A DNA stretch of 64,000 nucleotides from an uncultured Nitrososphaerota archaeon (lineage in GTDB: Archaea > Thermoproteota > Nitrososphaeria > Nitrososphaerales > Gagatemarchaeaceae), in assembly GCA_963703285.1 (NCBI GenBank), contig OY969807.1:224001-288000 (forward strand), given 5' to 3'. Under the pieces are notes generated by a model. That model was not told where the DNA came from, did not search any database, and saw only the letters and a program-made list of their open reading frames with translations. Positions 56,391 to 64,000 of this stretch are shown piece after piece; the first letter of the stretch is position 1, and each line of letters opens with the position of its first letter. A program made the position numbers and the translations under genes.

Positions 56391-58265
56391 TTGGGTCTAG
56401 ACGACGCTTTCAGGACGGACCTTACGCTGCTGCATGCGCCATCTGTCTACGACTTCCGCAAGAAGACGATCATGCAGGGCCCGGTTGCGGACGCTGTGCC
56501 ATCGACCAACGAGTTCGAGATGTATCCCGTCGGCCTAACCAGCATAGCGTCTTACCTCGGGAAGAACCAGTACAACGTCAGGATAATCAACCTCGCCTAC
56601 AGGATGCTCCGGGACCCAGCCTACGACGTGGAGGCGAGGCTCGGAAGGCTCCGTTCGACGGTCTTCGGGATAGACCTCCACTGGCTTCCCCACGCCAACG
56701 GCGCGCTCGCGGTAGCACAGATCGTGAAGAAGCTGCACCCGGAGAGCTACGTCCTGATGGGGGGGCTCTCCTCCAGCTACTACCACGAGGAGCTCATCCG
56801 TTATCCGTTCGTCGACTTCGTCCTCCGGGGCGACTCCACCGAAGAACCATGCCGACAGCTCCTTCACGCGATTCGAGTCGGCGGAAGGCTCGACTCGGTG
56901 GAGAACCTGACCTGGAAGCGTCGCGGCGAGGTCGTCGTCAACCCCCTCACGTTCATCCCCGCCAATCTCGACTACATCGACGTCCCCGACTATCTCTATG
57001 CGATACGGCTTATGCTGAAGTACAGGAGCGTGGAGGACATCTCCCCCTACCTCCGCTGGCTCCAGCACCCGACCACGATGCTGCTCAACTCGCGGGGCTG
57101 CACCCTCGACTGCTCGACGTGCGGTGGGTCCCGCTCAGCATACGAGAGGGTGTGCGAGAGGTCCTGGCCGGCCTTCAGGTCGCCCGAGAAGCTTGCGTCG
57201 GACGCCAAGTCGATTATGACCTTCTCCCGGAGCCCGATAATGCTGATACACGACCCGCGCATCGGGGGGCTCGCACGCGCGCAGCGCCTCTTCGCCCTCC
57301 TGAAGAAGCTGGACATGCCCAACGAGTTCGTATCCGAGCTCTTCTACCCCGCCGGGGACGAGTATTTCCGGATGATCAAGGACAGCGTCCGGCGCTGGTC
57401 GATCGAGGTGACGATAGAGACGGCGGACGAGAAGCTTCGCAAGCAGGACTGCCTCAAGTTTCCGGTGGCCAACGCTAAGATCGAGGAGACAATATCGAGC
57501 GCGCTGTCCAACGGTTGCCGCAAGCTCGACCTGTTCTTCATGGTCGGTATTCCGCACCAGACATACGAGAGCGCGATGGGCACCGTTCCCTACTGCGAGA
57601 GCCTCATCCGTCGCTTCAACGCCGACCCCCGCCTCCAGTTCTTCGTATCTCCGATGGGACCGTTCCTTGACCCCGGGTGCGGGGCTTTCGAGGATCCGAA
57701 GTACGGGTACAGGCACTTCTACCGGACGCTCGAGGATCACAGGCGTGCGCTCCTGCAGCCTTCCTGGAAGTCGATACTCTCCTACGAGACAGACGCGATG
57801 ACCAGGAGTGAGATAATCGCGGGTAGCTACGACGTGGCCGCGGCGCTGAACGATCTCAAGTACGAGCACGGGCTCATCGACGAGGCGACGCACTCGAGGG
57901 TGAGGGACCATCAGGAGACGGCGAGGGTCGCGATAGACGAAATCGAGAGCGCGCTTCTGCTTCCGGAAGGGGATAGGGAGACGGCACTGGCCACGCTTCA
58001 GGAGAAGGTGAGGCGGGCCAACGCCGATACCCTCTTCACAAAGCAGGAGCTGGATTGGGATTCCGACAGCGGATTGAGGGTCAGCGCCGCCCTGGTCAGG
58101 ACCATGGTCTCGGGCTTCATCGCGGAGGTGGACCACGGGATGCACCGTCTGGCAGGTAGCTATGACACGGCGGTCTTCAGGGGAGAGCGAATCCCGCTTC
58201 AGGCCATGACGATGGAGGCTTTCCAGGAGCTCAGCACGGTCAACCAGCCGGGGACTCGAAGCTGA
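56391..58265 (+). CDS. B12-binding radical SAM protein (TIGR04190-like)
   Basis: LLHAPSVYDFR, FEMYP.G, FGIDLHWL.H, RGCTLDCSTCGGS. Confidence 0.88.
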   Translation: MGLDDAFRTDLTLLHAPSVYDFRKKTIMQGPVADAVPSTNEFEMYPVGLTSIASYLGKNQYNVRIINLAYRMLRDPAYDVEARLGRLRSTVFGIDLHWLPHANGALAVAQIVKKLHPESYVLMGGLSSSYYHEELIRYPFVDFVLRGDSTEEPCRQLLHAIRVGGRLDSVENLTWKRRGEVVVNPLTFIPANLDYIDVPDYLYAIRLMLKYRSVEDISPYLRWLQHPTTMLLNSRGCTLDCSTCGGSRSAYERVCERSWPAFRSPEKLASDAKSIMTFSRSPIMLIHDPRIGGLARAQRLFALLKKLDMPNEFVSELFYPAGDEYFRMIKDSVRRWSIEVTIETADEKLRKQDCLKFPVANAKIEETISSALSNGCRKLDLFFMVGIPHQTYESAMGTVPYCESLIRRFNADPRLQFFVSPMGPFLDPGCGAFEDPKYGYRHFYRTLEDHRRALLQPSWKSILSYETDAMTRSEIIAGSYDVAAALNDLKYEHGLIDEATHSRVRDHQETARVAIDEIESALLLPEGDRETALATLQEKVRRANADTLFTKQELDWDSDSGLRVSAALVRTMVSGFIAEVDHGMHRLAGSYDTAVFRGERIPLQAMTMEAFQELSTVNQPGTRS

Positions 58266-58296
58266 CGCAGCCGGATTGGTTCTCCGGTGGGAGAGG

Positions 58297-58944
58297 ATGA
58301 CCACCCTCTACAAGAACAGGACAGAAGCGGGCAGGCAGCTCGCGCGTGCACTGGGCTTCCTTGGGGGCGACAGGAGCGTCCTGGTGCTTGCCATCCCAAG
58401 AGGGGGCGTCCCGGTCGCGAGGGAGATTGCGGACTCGGTCGGCGCTCCTCTGGATGTCATCATCGTCCGGAAGATAGGAGCGCCGGGTAACCCCGAACTG
58501 GCCGTCGGCGCCGTGACGCAGGATGGAGACCCCGTCATCGACCGCGAACTCGTGCGGACGCTCCGCGTCCCCGAAGACTACCTGAAACGGGAGGCCGCGA
58601 GCGAGAGCGCCGAGGTGAGAAGGCGACTGGAGGAATACCGAGGAGACCGACCCTACCCACACCTGGACGGGAAGACGGTTGTAATTGTGGACGACGGGGT
58701 GGCCACCGGCTCGACCGTCTTAGCCGCCGTGCAGTCTGCAAAGAGAAGGGGGGCGAGGTCCGTGATGGTCGCGGTTCCCGTGGGCCCCCGAGATACCATC
58801 TCAATGCTGGCGGGGTCGGCCGACCGCGTGGTCTGTCTGAGCACGCCCGATCCCTTCTACGCGATAGGAGAGTTCTACCAGGACTTTTCTCAGGTGGCCG
58901 ACGCGGCCGTGAAGGAAATCCTGGTCGCCTCGTGGCGACCCTGA
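58297..58944 (+). CDS. Phosphoribosyltransferase family protein
   Basis: R.EAG.QLA, IPRGGVPV, VIVDDGVATGST, AIG.FY.DF.QV. Confidence 0.9.
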   Translation: MTTLYKNRTEAGRQLARALGFLGGDRSVLVLAIPRGGVPVAREIADSVGAPLDVIIVRKIGAPGNPELAVGAVTQDGDPVIDRELVRTLRVPEDYLKREAASESAEVRRRLEEYRGDRPYPHLDGKTVVIVDDGVATGSTVLAAVQSAKRRGARSVMVAVPVGPRDTISMLAGSADRVVCLSTPDPFYAIGEFYQDFSQVADAAVKEILVASWRP

Positions 58945-58972
58945 TTGCGCAAGTGCTCGCCGCTCCGCGTAG

Positions 58973-59455
58973 CTACCGCTTGTACCCTATCTTCCGGAGG
59001 AACTCTCTTCTCTCCTGCTTGTCGGCCTCCGACTCCACTCCCTTCGACGTCACGCCGTCCACCACGCCCAGGATCCCCCTTCCGTCCTCTGTCTCGCCGA
59101 CTATCGCGGTGACGCTGTTGGATGTCGCGCAGTAGACGCCCGTGACCTCCTCCAGGGCTTTGATCCTGTTCAGGATGTTGATAGGATACGAGTCCTTGAG
59201 GATGACAACAAAGGAGTGGCCCGCCGCGAGGCGGGTGGCGAAGTCGACGGCTGTCCGCACGGAGCCCTCGTCCGTCCCGTCGTACCTGATGAGCGCCTTA
59301 CCCGAGGCCTCGCAGAATCCAATTCCGAACTTCGCTCCCGGCATCGAGGATACCAGCGTCTCGTAAAGGTCCTCGACCGTCTTGATGAAGTGGCTCTGCC
59401 CGACGATGAGCTGGTATCCCTCTGGGACCTCGAGCTTCACCTGCTTTATCTCCAT
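58973..59455 (-). CDS. Adenosine-specific kinase / DUF355 family
   Basis: GQSHFIKTVEDL, FCEASG, AGHSF, GRGILGVVDG, FLRKIGYKR. Confidence 0.9.
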   Translation of the reverse strand: MEIKQVKLEVPEGYQLIVGQSHFIKTVEDLYETLVSSMPGAKFGIGFCEASGKALIRYDGTDEGSVRTAVDFATRLAAGHSFVVILKDSYPINILNRIKALEEVTGVYCATSNSVTAIVGETEDGRGILGVVDGVTSKGVESEADKQERREFLRKIGYKR

Positions 59456-59524
59456 CTTAGTCCGGGGATACGTCGCCCCGCTCTCCATTTAAGTCGCTCT
59501 GACAGCGAAATGAGGCGACCTGCC

Positions 59525-60052
59525 CTACCTTACCAGAACCTTGTGCTTGGAGCCCTCCGTGGGAGTCTTCTTGGGGATCCTCACCTCGAGGACTCCGTTG
59601 TTCAGCGTGGCCTCAGCGCTGTTGGCCACGACCTCCTCTGAAAACGTCACCTTTCTCATTATCCTCGAGTTCGCCCCTCCTTCAAGGACGGAGCCCTCCG
59701 TCCCCTCGAGGATGACCGGCTCAGAGACCCTCTCTATCTTGATGTCTTTGTCTGTGACTCCGATGTAGATTTGGTCTTTGGGGACGCCTGGAACCTCGAC
59801 CACCACCCGGTAGTCCTTGCCCGAATCGAAGAGGTCGGCATACTGGCGCCAGTAACTTGACGGGTCCCCTCCCATGCGTTTGGACGGAAACCTCGCCCCT
59901 GCAAATTGCGCCGGTGCCCTGGCAAATAGCCTCGAGAGGCCCTTGAACTTCTGGTCTCGCTCAGCAATGTGACTCGTGGAAGAACTCGACGGGGGGCCGC
60001 TCTCCTCGGCGCCGTGAACCTTCACAGGAACCCGCTTCTCGTTCTCCGACAT
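59525..60052 (-). CDS. Hsp20/alpha-crystallin family protein
   Basis: VVEVPGV.K..I, A.ATLNNGVLEVRIPK. Confidence 0.82.
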   Translation of the reverse strand: MSENEKRVPVKVHGAEESGPPSSSSTSHIAERDQKFKGLSRLFARAPAQFAGARFPSKRMGGDPSSYWRQYADLFDSGKDYRVVVEVPGVPKDQIYIGVTDKDIKIERVSEPVILEGTEGSVLEGGANSRIMRKVTFSEEVVANSAEATLNNGVLEVRIPKKTPTEGSKHKVLVR

Positions 60053-60221
60053 TTCCGTCGAATGGATGATTCCATCCGAGACATTTAAGATGAGGAGTCG
60101 ATTCTCAATTGTGATAACGCCGGTGAACCGAGGGGAGTCCTCGACCCTCCTCTTCGGGCGGTTCCCATTTCTGAGAATCGCATCGGGGCTATAAATACCC
60201 ATTGCGGGCTCCGCAACTGTT

Positions 60222-61820
60222 ATGTCAAGAGGATTCAGAGAGCGGGTTACGCACATCGCGATGGCTCTGGCGGTGGTGCTCCTATTCGTGGTTTCTTCCA
60301 CAGCCGTATCCACGGTGTCGGCAGCGCCGACGGCGATAACGGCGCCCCCGGCGACGGTGCCGGTCAACGTGAAGTCCGGGTACTCGGCTTCCCAGTGGAC
60401 GGACGTCACGCCGACGACCGATGCCCTCTCGGGTGTAACCTTCGGAGCGAAGGTGGCCCAGAATGACTCCGGTTGGTACTTCTTCGTAACCTGGCAGTCC
60501 GGCGGCGCGACCTGCGCCGACAGCTCCTGCTATGGAGGGATCGAGCTCAACACGCTGTCCAACACAGGAGCGATGGGCTCGTCGAGCACGCCATCTCTGA
60601 TGATCCTGGCCAGCCAGTCGTTCACTAACACCGTCGGTCACGCGGTCGACGAGTTCATCTCGACCGACGTGGTCACGCCCTCCTCAGTCGAATCGCTGGG
60701 GTCCTACACCACGCAATCCGTCTGCAGCGCGCTCTCCCTGTCCGGAACGACCTACTCCTTCCAGTGCTACCGTCCCTTCAAACTGACCGGTGCGGACCCC
60801 CAGGACCCGACGGCTTCGATGAACGTCGGCTCCACGGTGGAGATAGCCTTCGCGGTCGGTGAGTTCAGCAGCCCCGGCCTGCACAGCGCGGACTCGATGT
60901 CTTCCTACACCCTGACCTTCAGCGGCTCCACCTCGACGACGAGCAGCTCCGGACAGTCCACCACCTCCTCTTCTTCAAGTCAGTCAACAACCTCCACCAC
61001 CTCGACAAGCCAGCAACAGACCACGCAGTCCACGCAGTCCACGCAGTCCACCACCTCCACGCCCGCATCTTCCGCGACAACTATCACCGCCTACAAGTCC
61101 CAGAGCGCCGTCAACGTCAAGTCTCCGTTCCAGAGTTCACAGTGGCAAGACACGGTGACGACGACAGAATCGACCAGCGGCATGAGCGTCGCCTTCAAGG
61201 AGAACAGCACCGGCCTCCTCTTCACGATGAGCTGGCAGACGTCCTCGACAGACTGCTCAGACAGCTACTGCTACGGCGGAATCGAGCTCGGTTCCCTCTC
61301 CAATACACAGGAGATGGGCTCCAGCTCCACGCCCACCCTCATGATACTCGTCAGCCCGTCGTTCACGGGCAACGTGGGCGAGTACATCTCGACCGGGCCG
61401 TTCACCCCGGCCGCCGTCGAGAAGAGCGGGTACGCCACTCAGACGGTCTGCGGGCTGAACTTGTCCGGCACCACCTACACGGCGGTCTGCTACAGGCCCT
61501 TCGTGACCAACAACGGAGACCCGCAGGCGCCAGCGCTCTCAATAGGCTCGACGGTTGAGCTGGGCTTCGCCGTGGGAGAGTTCAACAAGCCTGGCACGCA
61601 CCTTGCGACGACCATGCAGAGCTACGTCCTGACTATCAGCGGAAGCGACATCCCGTCGAACGTCAGCACGAGTCAGACGGCCAGCCAGGTCTCCACTCCG
61701 AGCACCTTCCCAGGTCTCAACACGGAGACGCTCTTCATCGTGATGGCCGGCGCGTGTCTCATCGGAGTCGTCCTCGGCATCGGCGTCTCGGTAAGGGCCA
61801 GGAAGGCCGGGCACCCATGA
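60222..61820 (+). CDS. Surface protein with two DOMON/EbdC-like repeats, Ser/Thr linker and C-terminal TM anchor
   Basis: Signal peptide; two roughly 190-aa repeats (QW.D, W....C.DS.CYGGIEL..LSNT..MGSS.TP.LMIL, CYRPF, FAVGEF..PG.H); TATAAATA at 60190. Confidence 0.7.
   Translation: MSRGFRERVTHIAMALAVVLLFVVSSTAVSTVSAAPTAITAPPATVPVNVKSGYSASQWTDVTPTTDALSGVTFGAKVAQNDSGWYFFVTWQSGGATCADSSCYGGIELNTLSNTGAMGSSSTPSLMILASQSFTNTVGHAVDEFISTDVVTPSSVESLGSYTTQSVCSALSLSGTTYSFQCYRPFKLTGADPQDPTASMNVGSTVEIAFAVGEFSSPGLHSADSMSSYTLTFSGSTSTTSSSGQSTTSSSSSQSTTSTTSTSQQQTTQSTQSTQSTTSTPASSATTITAYKSQSAVNVKSPFQSSQWQDTVTTTESTSGMSVAFKENSTGLLFTMSWQTSSTDCSDSYCYGGIELGSLSNTQEMGSSSTPTLMILVSPSFTGNVGEYISTGPFTPAAVEKSGYATQTVCGLNLSGTTYTAVCYRPFVTNNGDPQAPALSIGSTVELGFAVGEFNKPGTHLATTMQSYVLTISGSDIPSNVSTSQTASQVSTPSTFPGLNTETLFIVMAGACLIGVVLGIGVSVRARKAGHP
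61021..61050 (+). repeat. 9-bp tandem repeat (CCACGCAGT)x3 in the linker
   Basis: Encodes TQSTQSTQS within the Ser/Thr-rich linker. Confidence 0.8.
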
Positions 61821-62734
61821 GCTCCGTCTTCACTAGCAAGGTAATCTCGAGCATCGTCATCTATTCGCTCATAGCGTCGCTCACGGTGATGTGGATCATC
61901 ACTGTCGTCGTCATCCCGACCCTCACAACCGCCGTGACCTTCGACCCTACCGGCCTGGTCAGCCTGCTCTTCGACATCCTCATCACTGGCCTGATTCTCT
62001 TCGCGGTAGTCCACAACGGCCTCGATATCATAACCTACGCCGGCAGAGGGATACAGAAGCTGCCCGACTCGCCGAAGATCAAGAGGTTCGACCTCAACCA
62101 GCGCATCCAGCACCTCGTTCTCTTCATCTCGATGATATTCCTGAGCGTGACTGGCATGGCGATGCTCTTCATCGGGAACTGGGGAGGGGATGTAGTCAAC
62201 GACCTCGGGGGCTTCCAGAGCACGCTCGACATACATTACGCCTCGGCCATCGTCATGGGTGGCCTGGTCTTCTACCACTTCGGCTTCTACACATCCAAGT
62301 ACATCGCCAACAAGCTCACCCACAAGCCAGCCCCGTTCGACATCAACCTGGGCCTGCAGGACATCAAGGACGCGATGGGCAACATGAAGTTCTATCTCGG
62401 TATCGGTCCCAAGCCGAGCTTCGGCAAGTACGACTACATGCAGAAGTTCGACTACTGGGGCATCTACTGGGGGATGATAATCCTCGGACTTCCGGGGGTG
62501 CTCATGTGGTTGTATGGAGTGAACGCCTACAACGGGCTCGCCTTCGTGTTCCACACGAAAGAGGCTCTCCTGGCTGTGCTATTCCTAGGCATATTCCACC
62601 TGTACCAGGCGCACTTCAGCCCGCGCAAGCTGCCCATCAACATGAGCATCTTCTCGGGCACGACTTCAGAGGCGGAGATGAAGGAGGATCACCCAGCCGA
62701 GCTCGAGAAGCTGAAGGAGCAGGGCAAGGCATAG
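61817..62734 (+). CDS. Di-heme cytochrome b (FdnI/hydrogenase cytochrome b-like)
   Basis: RF...QRIQH, TG, IHY, YH, GKY...QKFDYW, VFH...A.L......FH.Y; ATGA overlap with the upstream gene. Confidence 0.85.
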   Translation: MSSVFTSKVISSIVIYSLIASLTVMWIITVVVIPTLTTAVTFDPTGLVSLLFDILITGLILFAVVHNGLDIITYAGRGIQKLPDSPKIKRFDLNQRIQHLVLFISMIFLSVTGMAMLFIGNWGGDVVNDLGGFQSTLDIHYASAIVMGGLVFYHFGFYTSKYIANKLTHKPAPFDINLGLQDIKDAMGNMKFYLGIGPKPSFGKYDYMQKFDYWGIYWGMIILGLPGVLMWLYGVNAYNGLAFVFHTKEALLAVLFLGIFHLYQAHFSPRKLPINMSIFSGTTSEAEMKEDHPAELEKLKEQGKA

Positions 62735-62792
62735 CCGTCGCGGCAGCGTACCAGCCCCGCCAACAGCCGTAAGCAGCGATCAGCGAGCGATG

Positions 62793-63020
62793 CTACTTCC
62801 GTCTGGCAGGCACGATCGAGGAGATGGTCTTCAGGATATCGGCCTGTATCGGTTGATTTCTCTTGGGATCGCCATCGTAACGTATGCGGAGCTTGTTCGA
62901 GGCTAACATGAGCTCGACGCTGTTGACCCCCCTAATCTTCGTGAGCCGCTTCTTGACCGTCTCAAAGTCTCCCACGTCGCTGAGGGTGACTATGAGCGTC
63001 GCCTGGGATTCTTCTGTCAT
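62793..63020 (-). CDS. HMA-like ferredoxin-fold protein lacking CxxC
   Basis: V...L..I.GV.SVE......KL.I.YD pattern; DVGD in place of CxxC. Confidence 0.55.
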   Translation of the reverse strand: MTEESQATLIVTLSDVGDFETVKKRLTKIRGVNSVELMLASNKLRIRYDGDPKRNQPIQADILKTISSIVPARRK

Positions 63021-63132
63021 GCCTCTTCAGATTCATCATCGAAAGGTGCATTATATCTCCGGGACGTACCGATTGCGGTCGATTGCGTTGCGCCGATGGG
63101 CAAGCTCCGCGACCCGCGACACGGGGCGTGAA

Positions 63133-63699
63133 CTACAGCCTGATGGTTATCGCGTCTGGATACTGCGTGATCTTGAACGGGGGCCCCAGCGGCTTGAGGA
63201 GCGCCTCCACGTAGTTCGCCAGGAATATGCTCCCCTGAGGTCCGAGGTCGTGCGTCAGGGTGATCGACGACGTACCGCTGCCCATGGACTCGCTGTAGTC
63301 GAAGAGGTTCGCGTGAGCCCCGGTCGTCCTCAGGTAGTCGATCGCGTTCGGGAGGTTGTACTCACCCTTCTCCGCCAGGATGAAGCTGACGGGGACGCTG
63401 GAGCCGGCCATCTTCCCTGCCTCCTGGATCGCCTCGGACGTCGAGGCGTTCAGGATTCGCTTGAAGGTCGGAGCCGAGAGCTTGATCATGCGGAACTTCG
63501 CAAGATACCTGTCGTATTCCGAGTAGGTGACGAACAGCTGGTTTGCGAGCGTGTTTATGCTGACGTTACGCTTCTTCGAGTCCTCCTGAAGGGCCCTGAA
63601 GGCGCTCTCACTTATGCGGAACGAGATGGTTACGGTCTTCTCCTTCAAGTCGAGCGCCTTGGATGGGCGACCCCTCCTTAACCGATATAATCTTTTCAA
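63133..63699 (-). CDS. Ribbon-helix-helix domain protein
   Basis: KTVTISFRI.E.....L..DSK...VSINTL.NQ, C-terminal HDLG..GS.F. Confidence 0.7.
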   Translation of the reverse strand: MKRLYRLRRGRPSKALDLKEKTVTISFRISESAFRALQEDSKKRNVSINTLANQLFVTYSEYDRYLAKFRMIKLSAPTFKRILNASTSEAIQEAGKMAGSSVPVSFILAEKGEYNLPNAIDYLRTTGAHANLFDYSESMGSGTSSITLTHDLGPQGSIFLANYVEALLKPLGPPFKITQYPDAITIRL

Positions 63700-64000
63700 C
63701 TCCTCCGTCCAATTTCAGAAGGAGAGCCCGAGATTCGCTCCCCCGCCCGCCCGAATTGCAAATCGCTGCATTTGCGCCGACTGCGACCAAAAACGTTGCA
63801 GCCAATACGGCCCCATCAAATATCACACCCGCTCTCTCCGTGCCGACGAGAGATGGCGACGGCACCAAGACTCGAGCAGAAGGGGAATAGCGATGTTCTG
63901 GTGTCCACTGTCCTGAACGGTGCTCTGGCAAGGTGCGTCGTCGCGGCTCTCGCAGACGAATTCTCCAGGCGCATTATCGCATCCACGGTCGACGAAGGCA

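Noticed and set aside
60940-61080. Repetitive DNA as a possible CRISPR array or mobile repeat
   Set aside because: In-frame Ser/Thr/Gln linker codons; no repeat-spacer periodicity and no cas genes.
1-64000. tRNA, rRNA, transposase or integrase genes
   Set aside because: No cloverleaf/T-loop signature in intergenic gaps and no recombinase motifs seen by eye; tRNAscan-SE and Infernal would be needed to exclude small RNAs.

Overview
GC-rich archaeal chromosomal segment, most consistent with a Nitrososphaerota (Thaumarchaeota)-type genome. This is inferred from an unsplit RpoB, a fused RpoA'A'', Cdv/ESCRT-III + Vps4 genes, Alba and cupredoxins next to a heme-copper oxidase; no amo genes are in this window. 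Core genes: end of a cox I/III-IV-cupredoxin cluster, cysS, ileS, aspS, sucCD, albA, rpl40e, the rpoH-B-A-rpl30e-nusA-rps12-rps7 cluster and tuf. Accessory regions lie at about 38.6-47.7 kb and 49.2-64 kb. No rRNA, tRNA, CRISPR array or transposase was recognised. Best leads: (1) a 41-aa hydrophobic, signal-peptide-like ORF with its own promoter, terminator and operator-like repeats, convergent with a tandem Lrp/AsnC-like regulator (possible peptide-signalling module); (2) a TrmB-family regulator, apparently CTG-initiated, divergent from the ESCRT-III/ESCRT-III/CdvC cluster across a perfect 16-bp palindrome; (3) a surface protein with two Met/His DOMON-like repeats coupled to a stand-alone FdnI-like cytochrome b. 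All family assignments are from motif recognition by eye, not database searches.
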